A stretch of 64,000 nt of DNA from Octopus sinensis (Eukaryota), in NCBI RefSeq assembly GCF_006345805.1, contig NC_043015.1, positions 47,182,001 to 47,246,000 of the forward strand. The letters are read 5' to 3'. Each line of letters opens with the position of its first letter. The stretch's first letter is position 1. The notes below the pieces were generated by a model. That model did not search any database. It worked only from the letters and a program-made list of their open reading frames with translations, and was not told where the DNA came from. The translations under genes and the position numbers were made by a program. Of the stretch, positions 38,029-49,593 are shown one piece after another.

Positions 38029-39492
38029 CATATATATGACGGGCTTCTTTCAGTTTCCATCTACCAAACCCACTCACAAGGCTTTGGTCAGCCTGAGGCT
38101 ATAGTAGAAGACACTTGCTCAAGGTACCATTCATGTGGTTCCTAAGCAAGCTACTTACCACACAGCTACTCCTGCACCTACAAATAATAATGGTTTCAAA
38201 TTTTGGTACAACACCTACAGTTTTGAGGGGAGGAACAAATTGATTACGTTGACCCCACTACTCAACTAGTACTTCATCATCATCATCATCATTGTTTAGC
38301 GTCCGCTTTCCATGCTAGCACGGGTTGGACGGTTCAACTGGGGTCTGGGAAGCCCGAAGGCTGCACCAGGCCAGTCAGATCTGGCAGTGTTTCTACAGCT
38401 GGATGCCCTTCCTAATGCCAACCACTCCATGAGTGTAGTGGGTGCTTTTTATGTGCCACCGACACAGGTGCCAGACGAGGCTGGCGAACGGCCACGCTCG
38501 GATGGTGTTTTTTTATGTGTCACCGACACAGGTGCCAGACGAGACTGGCGAACGACCACGCTCGGATGGTGTTTTTTATGTGCCACCGACACAGGTGCCA
38601 GACGAGGCTGGCGAAGGGCCACGCTCGGATGGTGTTTTACTTACTTTATCGAATCTGAAAGGATGAAAGGTAAAGTTGACAGCAGCAGAATTTGAACTGA
38701 GAATTGTGAAGCCAAAAGATATATCACTAAGCATTTTACCCAACAAGCTAACAAGTCTGTCAGCTCATTGTTTTAATGATGCAAATTATAGTTCTTTCTA
38801 ATTTTGGTACAAGGTCATCAGTCTTGAAGGAAGAGTGGAAAACTGATTACATTGGTCCCAGAGCTCAACTAGTACCTCTTTTATATCAATGCCGAAAGGA
38901 TGAAAGGCAAAGTCATCTTTGATGGCATTTGAACTCAGAACACAGAGCTGCAAGATACATTGCTAAGCATTTTCTCCGACATGCTAATGATTCTGCCAGC
39001 TCGCTGCCACCCTATGCATTCAGACGATAACTGTTTCTTTCAAAGGCACGAAACCAAATAGTTGTGGCGGGGTGGTGCGTGTTTGTGACATGCTGGCCAC
39101 ATGTAAAAAACATCTGGTACACTCTGTGGAGTGGTTGGCATTAGGAAGGGCATCCAGCTGTAGAAACCAAAGTGAAAACAGGCTGGAACCTGGTGCAGCT
39201 CCCTGGCTTCCCAGTCCCTATCAAACTGTCTAACCCATGTGCCAGCATAAAAAATGGATGCTAAATGTTGATGATGATTATGAAGATATATATATATATA
39301 TATATATTTAAGTAGGTGAATGAATTATCCTAGTATGGATAATTCGGTTAATCGATACTTGGGTAGCAAATTCACGTCAGAAAACACGTGTGGAAATTTG
39401 TGTGTTTTTTTATATGAATAAATGCAGTCTTCGAAACATGTGTCGAAAGTAAAGGAATTTTGTTAAAATCTTCGTACGACTCCATTCTTTTC

Positions 39493-39533
<41 letters not shown>

Positions 39534-39816
39534 ATTTAGAGAAAACCCTCTATTAAGCAATTCAATAGTGAAAGATGTTATTCACACCATATAGAAAAAA
39601 ATTGAATATACTATAAAAAAAACATTATTCTAAAAATCAATAAAGTACATAAACAATAAATAGTAAATTGACTACGCGCATTTCGTGGCAATATTTTCAA
39701 ATAGATAATAATAATAAAATCGATTCGATTTAAAATTAAATTGAACTAAAATTAATTCTATTTAAAAATATTTATTTATTCATTTATTTTTTTTATCATT
39801 GTTATTCTACTTTCAG

Positions 39817-40040
39817 GTACAATTATTCGCAGACATCGCATCCCAAAGCCGTCACCACACGACAATGAGTTCTTTTCTTTAGAAGACTTGAACATCGGAG
39901 TGGAAGTCAACTTCTTTGGCAAAGTCTTCAAGATCGTTAACTGTGACCACTTCACTTATAAGTTCTTGTACAAGTCTGGTGTGAAGATCCCAAATCCAAG
40001 CCGTATACCAGAGGATCCATACACAAAATTTCGCAAAGCT
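39817..40040 (+). CDS. EFHC2: EFHC2 exon 3
   Basis: TTTCAG acceptor; TIIRRHRIPKP...LNIGVEVNFFGKVFKIVNCDHFT...PEDPYTKFRKA; GTAAGT donor. Confidence 0.92.
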
Positions 40041-40833
40041 GTAAGTCGAAATTCAGTACTTTTGGTTCTCCACTCAGGGCTGTATTAAGACCCATAGGAG
40101 CTCTAAACACTTAAAAGATTTAGCTTCCCCATATCATCATCATCATCATTTAGCGTCCGCTTTCCATGCTAGCATGGGTTGGACGGTTCAACTGGGGTCT
40201 GTGAAGCTAGAAGGCTTCGTCAGGCCGTCAGATCTGGCAGTGTTTCTACGGCTGGATGCCCTTCCTAACGCCAACCACTCCGTGAGTGTAGTGGGTGCGT
40301 TTTACGTGCCACCCGCACAGGTGCCAGACAGAGCTGGCAAATGGCCACGAAAGGATGGTGCTTTTACGTGTCACCGGCACGGGGCCAGGCGATGCTGGCA
40401 ACGGACACGAACGGTTGGTGCTTTTACGTGCCATCAACACGGGGGCCAGACAGAGCTGGCAAACGGCCACAAACGGATGGTGCTTTTACGTGTCACCGGC
40501 ACGATATATATATATATATATATAAAGTTAATCCAAACAAGAAAACAAAAAACAACAACGCAAGGATGTGGAACAAATAAAGTATTATTGGACGCTCAGG
40601 AAAGAAGGGAAATGCAATTGAGTGGTTCAGCAAGCAGACCAATAGAATAAGTGCCAGTCTTGAAAAGGAAAAAAAAAGAGTATTTGGTTTGATTTGCTTG
40701 CCTAAATCCTTCCCAACAGTGCTCCAGCATGGCCACATCACTGCCACCATTAGCACTACCGTTACTAACAACGAATGCCACCACCGTCTCCACCATTCTT
40801 ATCTGTATGTTTTTTTTGTTGCTTTGTCTCTAG

Positions 40834-41085
40834 TTAGAGGAGGAACAGCTGCCATTACGTCCATACAAGAGAGATGACACTCTGAAACAGTTTCTGGATC
40901 ACGACACCCATGTCCTTCGTTTCTTTTGTGTCTGGGATGATACAAAAAGTGATTTCGGCGTGGTCCATAATTGCACCTTGTACTATTTCTTGGCTGACGA
41001 CACCATAGAAATCCGGGAGGTCTTTTCTGCAAACAGTGGCAATGACATGACCCCTATATTAGTGAAACGAGGCAAACTGCCAAAG
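40834..41085 (+). CDS. EFHC2: EFHC2 exon 4 (DM10 domain 2)
   Basis: CTCTAG acceptor; LEEEQLPLRPYKRDDTLKQFL...VLRFFCVWDD...YFLADDTIEIRE...GKLPK; GTCAGT donor. Confidence 0.9.
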
Positions 41086-41220
41086 GTCAGTTTTCTTACA
41101 TTGAAATATTTTCCACTCTTTTATTGCTTTACTGGAACACTGCTGTCAGACTGTGAAGTTGTTGTGGGAAATTATAGTAAAATTATTGTGGGATTATCGT
41201 GGGAAAACTTTAAGATTATT

Positions 41221-41577
41221 AAAGTTACTGTGCAGTTACTGTTTATACCTCGTTCAGAGATTTATTATTGCTTGCATACAGTTTTTCGAGATCAGTGACG
41301 AAAAGTTACTGGAAAAACAATATAAGTATTTGCATTGGGACTCCTTTCAACGAAAACCGGTGATTGTCGTTTGCTGAGGACAGGTCAATACCTAGAAACT
41401 GCAGTCCGTGCGTATCATTTAGGTTGACGAGGGAAGGATGACCTCCCTTTGCAAGTACCATAAGGGCACAGAAAGTGTGCCTAAAGCCAGCTGGAGACGA
41501 TGTTCTCTTGGGGCTACAAGCTACAGTAACACCAACCCTTAGTGGTTAGCCATATTGAGATGGCAAGTATACCTCAC
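41221..41577 (+). mobile_element. Hammerhead-bearing retrozyme-like monomer (357 bp) in EFHC2 intron 4
   Basis: Colinear homology with the 354-bp unit at 44306-44659 in permuted order; possible 15-bp imperfect TSD 41206-41220/41578-41592. Confidence 0.65.
41368..41412 (+). ncRNA. Minimal type I hammerhead ribozyme, intact core
   Basis: CTGAGGA (41374-41380), AGGT/ACCT stem II, GAAA, palindrome ACTGCAGT, GTC cleavage triplet ending 41406; stem I partly decayed. Confidence 0.7.
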
Positions 41578-42243
41578 AACTTTAGGATTGTTGTTGGGGA
41601 AATTGTCATGGGAATATTGTAAAATTTCTGCGGGGAAAAAATAATGTGAAGATTGTAAAATTGTTCAGGTAAATTATAATAGGAAAGCTAAAATTCTCTT
41701 GAGTGCTATAGTGAAAAATCTATATGATTATTGTGGGATTATTGTGAGAAAACTTTAAAATTTTTGTTGGGGAAATTGTCATGGGAATATTGTAAAATTA
41801 CTGAGAAATTAATTTTTGTAGGAAAACTATAAAATGATTGTGGGATTACTGTGGAAATTTATAAAATTGCTGTGGGGAAATAATAAAGCAAATATTGTAA
41901 AATAGTTCAGGGAAATTATAATAGGAAAACTGAAATTCTTGTGAGGGTTACAGTAAGAAATCTATATAATTATTGTGGGAAATTATAGCGAAAATATTGT
42001 AAAATTGTTGTGGGAAATTATTGTAGAAAAGATGTAAAATTGTATATGTGCGCGTGCGAGTGTGTGAGTGAATTTTTTGGTGAGTGGTATCGATTTTACA
42101 ATTCTGTAAATAATAATAATAATAATAATGATAATAATATTTTATGAGATTACAGATTATAAGCAATCGCCATACATTGACTATAGTAAATAGTCTAATA
42201 TTGGGGCATATAAGCCTGCGACAGAAAAAAATAGTGTTGTCTA

Positions 42244-42313
42244 TAGGCATGGGAGTTGAACCCACATCTCTATGTTTTCACAAGTTTGCTACCGTTACAC
42301 CAACATACCCCTA
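42244..42313 (-). pseudogene. Degenerate tRNA-like sequence (tRNA pseudogene or SINE head)
   Basis: TGGTGTAACGGTAGC A-box-like motif and GTGGG-TTCAACT-CCCAT T-arm; anticodon stem does not pair. Confidence 0.3.
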
Positions 42314-42329
42314 GCTTCTTTCTGTCACA

Positions 42330-42590
42330 CACACACACACACATAATTTTCCAGCACACACACACACACACATGATTTTCCATCACACACACACATAATT
42401 TTCCAGCACACACACACACACACACACACATAATTTTCCAGCATACACACACACACACATAATTTTCCAGCACACACACACATAATTTTCCAGCACACAC
42501 ACACACACACATAATTTTCCAGCACACACACATAATTTTCCAGCACACACACACACACACACACACACATAATTTTCCAGCATACACACA
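42330..42590. repeat. (CA)n-CATAATTTTCCAG minisatellite upstream of EFHC2 exon 5
   Basis: About 8 units with variable CA spacers. Confidence 0.9.
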
Positions 42591-42671
42591 CACACATGCA
42601 CACACACATGCACACACACACACACATATATATATACATATGTAATGATTTAAAATGTTGTTGTTTCCCAG

Positions 42672-42776
42672 GGAGAAAACTATGTCCACTTTCCAGGAAA
42701 GATATGTGACCGCACTCTACTGAATGTCTTTGGATCCCTGCACAAAGAAGGTCGATTCATTTATGATGGTTTACAG
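42672..42776 (+). CDS. EFHC2: EFHC2 exon 5 (absent from the ORF track)
   Basis: TCCCAG acceptor; GENYVHFPGKICDRTLLNVFGSLHKEGRFIYDGLQ versus human PGQITDRAVLN; GTGACA donor. Confidence 0.85.
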
Positions 42777-42954
42777 GTGACACCGCTTTCAAACACGCAT
42801 CCTTGCTTTATGAATTGTCTCAAATATTTTTTGTTCAAAAATGGTTTGTGTTGTTGTTGTTGTTTAACTTCGAATTTGTGCTGATATTGCAGATATTAGC
42901 GTTAAAGCTGTCCAACATTTTATCTTCATTATCACCGACATCACTCTCACTACC

Positions 42955-43306
42955 ACCACCCTCATCCTCATCAACTTCATCGTCATCATCATCATCACCA
43001 CCACCGCCACCATTGTCATCAATACTAACCCCACCTCTCATCACAACCATCATCCTCATCAACACCGCTTTCATTACTGACACTATCACCCTCATCATCA
43101 TCATCATCATCATCATCACCACCACCACCACCACCACCAACATCATCATCATCTTCATCATCATCATCATCATCATCATCTTCACCATCACCATCATCTT
43201 CACCATCACCATCATCATCATCATCATCATCTTCACCATCACCATCATCATCATCATCATCACCATCACCATCATCATCATCATCTTCACCATCACCATC
43301 ATCATC

Positions 43307-43375
<69 letters not shown>

Positions 43376-43378
43376 GTC
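42955..43378. repeat. (CAT/CAC)n trinucleotide repeat
   Basis: Source of poly-I/poly-M ORFs. Confidence 0.97.
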
Positions 43379-44195
43379 GTCTCTGGTCCCTTGTCATTTC
43401 CTCAGTGAGCCCAGTGTCTGAAGATGAGGGCCTCTGTTCCATCTATGGGGAGGATCATGAGAGTTTTTGGGGGACTGAGTTTCCTTGCCTGGGTATGATT
43501 TTGTGAAACATACACCCTGGACATGTGTACTTCCGCTTGTAGTTTGGGGACAGTGGCTCTTCCTTCCTTTCAATATTGGTTTCAAATTTTGGCACAAGGC
43601 CAGCAATTTTGGGGAATGGAGTAAGCCGATTACATCAATCTCAGTACACAACTGGTTCTTATTTCATTGTCTCCGGATAGGATGAAAGGCAAAGTTGACC
43701 TTGGTGGAATTTGAACACAGAATGTTAAGATGGACAAAATACTGCTAAGCATTTTCCTCAACTTGCTAATGGTCCTGTCAGCTTGCCGCCTTCTTCCTTC
43801 CTTTCATATTAAATTGATAACACAGTGGTTTATAGCTTGTTACCACTACAGAGACAATCCTGTAGCCAAAACACTTAACTCTTAACAGATTGGCCCAGGT
43901 TACTTAGCTGTAATTATATACTGCAGTGGAAGCACAATAAAATCCATGAGGGTTTTGTTAACTTGCAGTATTGAGTATAATTTGTCCCAAGTGGAGTAGC
44001 TTGAGCAAGGAAAAGCGTTCACTAGGCCGATTTGCCCTAGATTATGTTCACTACAGTCCTAAGGATTACAGGTATCTTCTCTCACAACAATTCACCACAG
44101 AGAAAGTTCACCACCATCAATTCACTGTGAAGAAAGTTTACCACCAGGGAAGTTCATTGCCAGGAAAGTTTACTGAGAAAATATGTCCATAGTAT

Positions 44196-44852
44196 AGAGG
44201 TCGTATACTGTCAACTCAATGTGACAGTCCCGTAAAAGAATCACACCACCGCCATTTAGCCCTTGGAAACATCGACGTCTCCTGTTGGCTTTGACACATT
44301 TTCTGTCCCCTTTGTAAATATAAGGACACAGAAAATGTGTCAAAGCCGACAGGAGACATCGATGTTTCCTAGGGCTAAATGGTAGTGGTGTGATTCCCTT
44401 ACGCGACTGTCACATTGAGTTGACAGTATACGACCACTATATCACTTCACCACCGCTTATGTCTCGTTAAGACATTTAGAAATTCAATATTTCTAATTTC
44501 GGTGATCAGTAAATAAATTTTACTGGTAATATGATATATTTGTAGAGAGGTTGCAGTCTTCTCATCAAGCGAGGTAGGCTACCCTGAACTGACGATGAGC
44601 AATACACTTAGAAACATATGTCGTCAGGTGCCTTGTCCCAGCTTACGGGGGTGATTGCCTCCCCTTTGCAAATATAAGGACACAGAAAATGTGTCAAAGC
44701 TGACAGGAGACATTGATGTTTCCTAGGGCTAAATGGTGGTGGTGTGATTCCCTTACGGGACTGTCACATTGAGTTGACAGTATACAACCACTATATCACT
44801 TCACCACCGCTTATGTCTCTCTGAGACATTTAGAAATTCAATATTTCTAATT
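44196..44852 (+). mobile_element. Hammerhead-bearing retrozyme-like / Penelope pLTR-like element in EFHC2 intron 5, nested in a MITE
   Basis: 193-bp direct repeats 44306-44498/44660-44852 (period 354), 114-bp inverted arm 44193-44306, TSD TCCATAGTAT 44186-44195/44856-44865, no ORF. Confidence 0.8.
44583..44628 (+). ncRNA. Minimal type I hammerhead ribozyme, intact core
   Basis: CCTGA(A)-CTGACGA-TGAG(CAATACA)CTTA-GAAA-CATATG-TC-(G)TCAGG; palindrome ACATATGT; GTC triplet ends 44622. Confidence 0.8.
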
Positions 44853-45066
44853 ATATCCATAGTATCTCACAATTAATAGTTAAAAACCATTTTATTTTTT
44901 TTTAAATGGTGAATTGATGACAGTGAACTTTCCCTGCAGTGAACCGATGGTGGTGAACTTACCAGATATTGTGCTAGGTCTTACCATTGATATACCATAC
45001 CTACACTAAAAGTAATTTTTCTTTAAATAAAGTCTCTTTATGCTTTCTTCTCTTTCTGTGAAAAAG

Positions 45067-45205
45067 ACAGGGGAAGTAAAAATTCCTTACTATGGCGCCG
45101 GAGATTTGCAAATTGGAAACATCATCAGTGTTTATGGACGTCCCCTTAAGCTCTGTGATTGTGATGATTTCACTAAGAATTTCTACAGAACAAAATATGG
45201 AATTG
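45067..45205 (+). CDS. EFHC2: EFHC2 exon 6 (absent from the ORF track)
   Basis: TGEVKIPYYGAGDLQIGNIISVYGRPLKLCDCDDFTKNFYRTKYGI versus human DLSLGVTINVWGRKVLLYDCDEFTKSYYKSKYGI; AAG acceptor needed for the frame; GTATGT donor. Confidence 0.85.
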
Positions 45206-45505
45206 GTATGTAATAGGGTTTTTTTTTAATCACTTACTGATCATCGATGTTCTGTCAAAACATCAATAATAATGACTGTATAGATTCAGTGTAGGGATGG
45301 CTGAATTGGTAGAGTGTTGGATGATATGTGTTGCACTACTTAGTGACGTCCCTTTATGGCCTGAGTTCAAATCCTGTTCATATATCATCATCATTTAGCA
45401 TCTTCTTTCCATGCAGGCAGTTTGACTGGAAGTGGTGAGCTGCACTAAGTTCCAATCTAATTTGGCATGGTTTCTACAGCAGGATGCCATATATATATAT
45501 ATATA

Positions 45506-45794
45506 TATCAGGTCATCCCATAAGTTCTGTCTGATTTTATCTTTTTTAAAATTGAATGGAATTTGATAGTATTTTAGAAAGTCTAATGGAATTAAAAATT
45601 ATTTTTATGCATTTATGTACATTTAAACTAATTAGATATTATTTTACAGAATAATAGAATTTAAATTTCTTTGATTAAAACCCTTTCTAACATGGAAGTA
45701 TCCAAAGAGAATTTGAGGCACATAATGCTTTATGAGTACAAAAAAGGAAACTCTGCAGCTGAAGCGACTCGAAACATACACTCAATTTATGGGA
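45506..45794 (+). mobile_element. Mariner 5' end (left TIR plus transposase N-terminus), same family as 1-491
   Basis: TATCAGGTCATCCCATAAGTTCTGT TIR in a (TA)n; MEVSKENLRHIMLYEYKKGNSAAEATRNIHSIYG from 45692. Confidence 0.85.
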
Positions 45795-45795
45795 T

Positions 45796-46460
45796 GAGTT
45801 CTCTCCAATGGTCCTTGTCCCTCATCATTGCTGCTGTGTCCTGCATCTCCCAGAGATGAATGTTTGTTCTGAGGGCATCAACATATGTCATCCTTGGTCT
45901 CCCTCTTCTAGTGTGTCCATGTAGGAATGGCAGTGAGCATGTCCAGCTTGCCTCAGCCTAGTCTGTGTTATTTTCAAGCTAAGTTTTGAGAAGCTCTCGT
46001 ACAACTCTGAGTTCTTCATCCTCTGTGTATACTGATTAATGTTCAGAGCCATCCTCCGCATTCTCATGTAGCACCCATCCACCATCAGTGAGTTTCTTGG
46101 TCAGTGTCCAAATCTCAGACCCATACAACAGCACAGACTCCACTGCAGCAACAAAGAGACAGATCTTCAGGTCCGACTTTCATACAGATCTCAAACTGTG
46201 GCATGCTATCCAAGCTGTGTTCTTCCTCAACTATATCACTCTCTGCTTTTCCAATCTTTGCTCCCAGATACCGGAAGTCCTCAAACAACCCTTGTAGCTT
46301 CCCACCTACATTCATAATCTTCTCTGGCTCCTTAATGTTCTCTACCAGATACTTCGTCTTAATCTCATTCATTTTCAGCTTCACACTTGTCGACAGTCTC
46401 CTAAACAGTGTAGTTAGGGGCTCTAACCCTAGTGCTGTTGAGTACACTCTCCATGGTTCT
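45796..46460 (-). mobile_element. RTE-clade LINE RT fragment, frameshifted
   Basis: KMNEIKTKYL...FRYLGAKI, DGCYMRMRRMALNI, NSELY, RLRQAGH motifs on the - strand. Confidence 0.75.
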
Positions 46461-46668
46461 TTTCAATGGCTTATAATACCTTACCAGAGCCACTTCGGTA
46501 AGGTAATTATTTAACCCATAAATGGGGGCCCTGACAGGCACTATTACTCTGGGGCAGAGCAAACCTTGAAGTGATGACAGCTAAGGGGTAACTTCACATT
46601 CCCCACAGCTCCTGAACTCCCAAGCTGGAGTCTTGCCACTAGATGCAGTTTATTGTCATACCCAGGAC

Positions 46669-46705
<37 letters not shown>

Positions 46706-46758
46706 CATACCCAGAACATATTTATGTATGTATGTATGTATGTATATATGTATGTAAG

Positions 46759-47172
46759 CAGATGCTCTATGGAGAATTTGTGAATTGAAGGAGACTCTGG
46801 CAGAAACCAAGGCTGCGATTTAAGGACTGTGTCAAGTCCTCATTAAAGGCCTGTGATATGCAGGACACTGACTGGGAGAACAATGCCTGTTATCGCCACA
46901 GATGGAGGAAGCAGGTTAAGGAGGGGATCAACACTTTTGAGAGAGCACGTATCCAGCATGAAGAACTTAAGCGAGCTGCGCGAAAGCGCACGGCTCATAC
47001 AGTAAATGGGGAAAGCTTGGTCTGCAATGTTTGCAGTCGTGTATGCTTGTCAAGAGCAGGGCTCATTAGCCACCAACGGAGCAGCAAATGAAAAATATAA
47101 GTTAGTCCTAGAGCACACAATGTTCCTAAAGGTCGGCAATGGTCTTCCTCGGTCACGAGTGGACAGCCATCA
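46759..47172 (+). mobile_element. RTE-clade LINE 3' end with one C-terminal zinc finger
   Basis: KPRLRFKDCVK...DWENNAC...WRKQVKEG...CNVCSRVCLSRAGLISHQR. Confidence 0.75.
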
Positions 47173-47810
47173 TGTCTGTATGTATGTATGTATATATGTA
47201 TGTATAGGCGCAGGAGTGGCTGTGTGGTAAGTAGCTTGTTTACCAACCACATGGTTCCGTGTTCAGTCCAACTGCGTGGCACCTTGGGCGAGTGTCTTCT
47301 ACTATAGCCTCGGGCCGACCAAAGCCTTGTGAGTGGATTTGGTAGATGAAAACTGAAAGAAGCCCGTCGTATATATGTATGTATATATATATATATGTGT
47401 GCGTGTGTGATTGTGAGTCTGTGTTTGTCCCCCTAGCATTGCTTGACAACCGATGCTGGTGTGTTTATGTCCCCGTCACTTAGCGGTTCGGCAAAAGAGA
47501 CCGATACAATAAGTACTGGGCTTACAAAGAATAAGTCCCGGGGTCGAGTCGCTCGATTAAAGGCGGTGCTCCAGCATGGCCGCAGTCAAATGACTGAAAC
47601 AAGTAAAAGAGTATGTTTGTATGTATGTGTGTGTGTAAAATATTCAATGCATTGTCTTCTTAGCTCTGTTAAATTTCAAACTTTCTAATACTGCCATTTA
47701 TTATGCAGGAATGATTATCTCCCCTTATATTAACTATTTCTCAGGGGAAAAAAATTGTGGTTACATTTAAGATCGTTTTCTTTTAATATATCTTTTTCTT
47801 CTATTTCCAG

Positions 47811-48119
47811 TTGATTTTACTCCGATTAAAGAAAAAGAAACTCCCATTGAGCCAATACACTATCCTTGTCCTCCATATAATGGTTTTGGCAATGAAGAGG
47901 AGACCCTTCAAAACTGCAACAAGATTGTCATACAGTCAAGACCGTCAAACTTTATGCAGTTTCTGAAATTCGACAAGGACGGTTTGAACCGTCGTGTGAT
48001 GTGTTTCCTAGCCAAAATGTTGACAAAGGACTGCAGTGTTTCTGAGCAAGATTTCATCATCAATTACTATTTGGCAGATGATACAATTCAAATTACTTTG
48101 AAGGGTGGTGCAAATTCAG
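47811..48119 (+). CDS. EFHC2: EFHC2 exon 7 (DM10 domain 3)
   Basis: TTCCAG acceptor; PPYNGFGNEEETLQNC...FIINYYLADDTIQI...ANS; GTCAGT donor. Confidence 0.92.
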
Positions 48120-48332
48120 GTCAGTCAGGGGGATTTCACATTTCGTTTTATAAGTTGGTACAGTGATGAAAGAATTCTTGGCTGTGTGTGTTGTGTGTTG
48201 TGTGTTTGTGTGTGTGTATGTGTGTGTGTTTGTGTGTATATATACATACATATATATATATTACATATATATATATATATACATATATATATACATATAT
48301 ATATATTATACATATATATATATATACATATA

Positions 48333-48369
<37 letters not shown>

Positions 48370-48371
48370 AC

Positions 48372-48426
<55 letters not shown>

Positions 48427-48501
48427 ATATATAATATATTTATAATATATATATAATATATACATATATATATATTATATATATATATAATATATATATA
48501 A

Positions 48502-48543
<42 letters not shown>

Positions 48544-48635
48544 TTAGAGACAAAACCACTATTATGCAAATCAAACAAAGAAAGACTAATCCAATACATA
48601 AAAAATTTTATATAAATTAAATATAATTAAGATAT

Positions 48636-48681
48636 CCACTACGATCATTTCTTGTCACTTCTATGGACATTCATCAGGTGG
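48636..48681 (-). ncRNA. Minimal hammerhead motif in an AT-rich fragment within (TA)n
   Basis: CCAC-CTGATGA-ATGTC...GACAA-GAAA-TGATCG-TA-GTGG on the - strand. Confidence 0.6.
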
Positions 48682-48690
48682 TTGAATAAT

Positions 48691-48724
<34 letters not shown>

Positions 48725-48727
48725 ATA

Positions 48728-49259
48728 TTGGGTTGTCCGGAAAGTTTGTGCTGATTATAGTAGCTTACCTTTCGACTTATTTTAGAACATGGTTGAGTCC
48801 ATAGCATAAGATTTGACTACATCTCCATTTAGAGCACAGTTTAAGCTATCTTTTCGTGGAAGAAGGTTTATGTTCCTATAACCTGCGTTAATTTTGTAAC
48901 CCTTTAAAATGGAAGATAAGAAAGTTCATTTTTGGCACTTGATGCTTTGGGAACCAGACAAAAATTGCTGCAGCTTGGCTGGGATGTGTTACCCCACCCT
49001 CCATATTCACCAGATATTGCTCCTTCGGATTTTCACTTATTCAGGTCTCTGCAGAATAGTCTTAATTGTAAAAATTTCAATTCCTAGGATGAAGTAAAAA
49101 GATACCTTGATGAATTCTTTGCCATGAAACCACCTCAGTTCTGTGAAGAGGGTATTTGTGCAACCAAATGGTTTACATTTGGTTGATTAAAAATGTAATG
49201 GCAAGTATTTATTGACATTTTTCTTTCCTTTAAAAGTCGGCACAAACTTTCCTGACAAC

Positions 49260-49263
<4 letters not shown>
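48728..49263 (+). mobile_element. Internally deleted mariner with both TIRs (second mariner family)
   Basis: TIRs TTGGGTTGTCCGGAAAGTTTGTG / CACAAACTTTCCTGACAACCCAA in (TA)n; MEDKKVHF.HLMLWE joined to HPPYSPDIAPSDFHLFRSLQN. Confidence 0.9.
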
Positions 49264-49328
<65 letters not shown>

Positions 49329-49562
49329 TGTGAGTGTATATGTTTGTGTGTCTGTGTTTGTCCCCCTAGCATTGCTTGACAACCGATGCTGGTGTGTTTA
49401 CGTCCCCGTCACTTAGCGGTTCGGCAAAAGAGACCGATAAAATAAGTACTGGGCTTACAAAGAATAAGTCCCGGGGTCGATTTGCTCGACTAAAGGCAGT
49501 GCTCCAGCATGGCGCAGTCAAATGACTGAAACAAGTAAAAGAGTAAAAAAAAAAAAAGAGTG

Positions 49563-49593
<31 letters not shown>

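Noticed and set aside
39430-39690. Half motifs GAAACATGTGTC (+) and GAAATGCGCGTA (-)
   Set aside because: No CUGANGA strand at a suitable distance.
467-45530. Same-family mariner TIRs at 467-491 and 45506-45530 as a possible 45-kb composite transposon
   Set aside because: The TIRs face outward (a 3' end on the left, a 5' end on the right), so they belong to two separate truncated copies.
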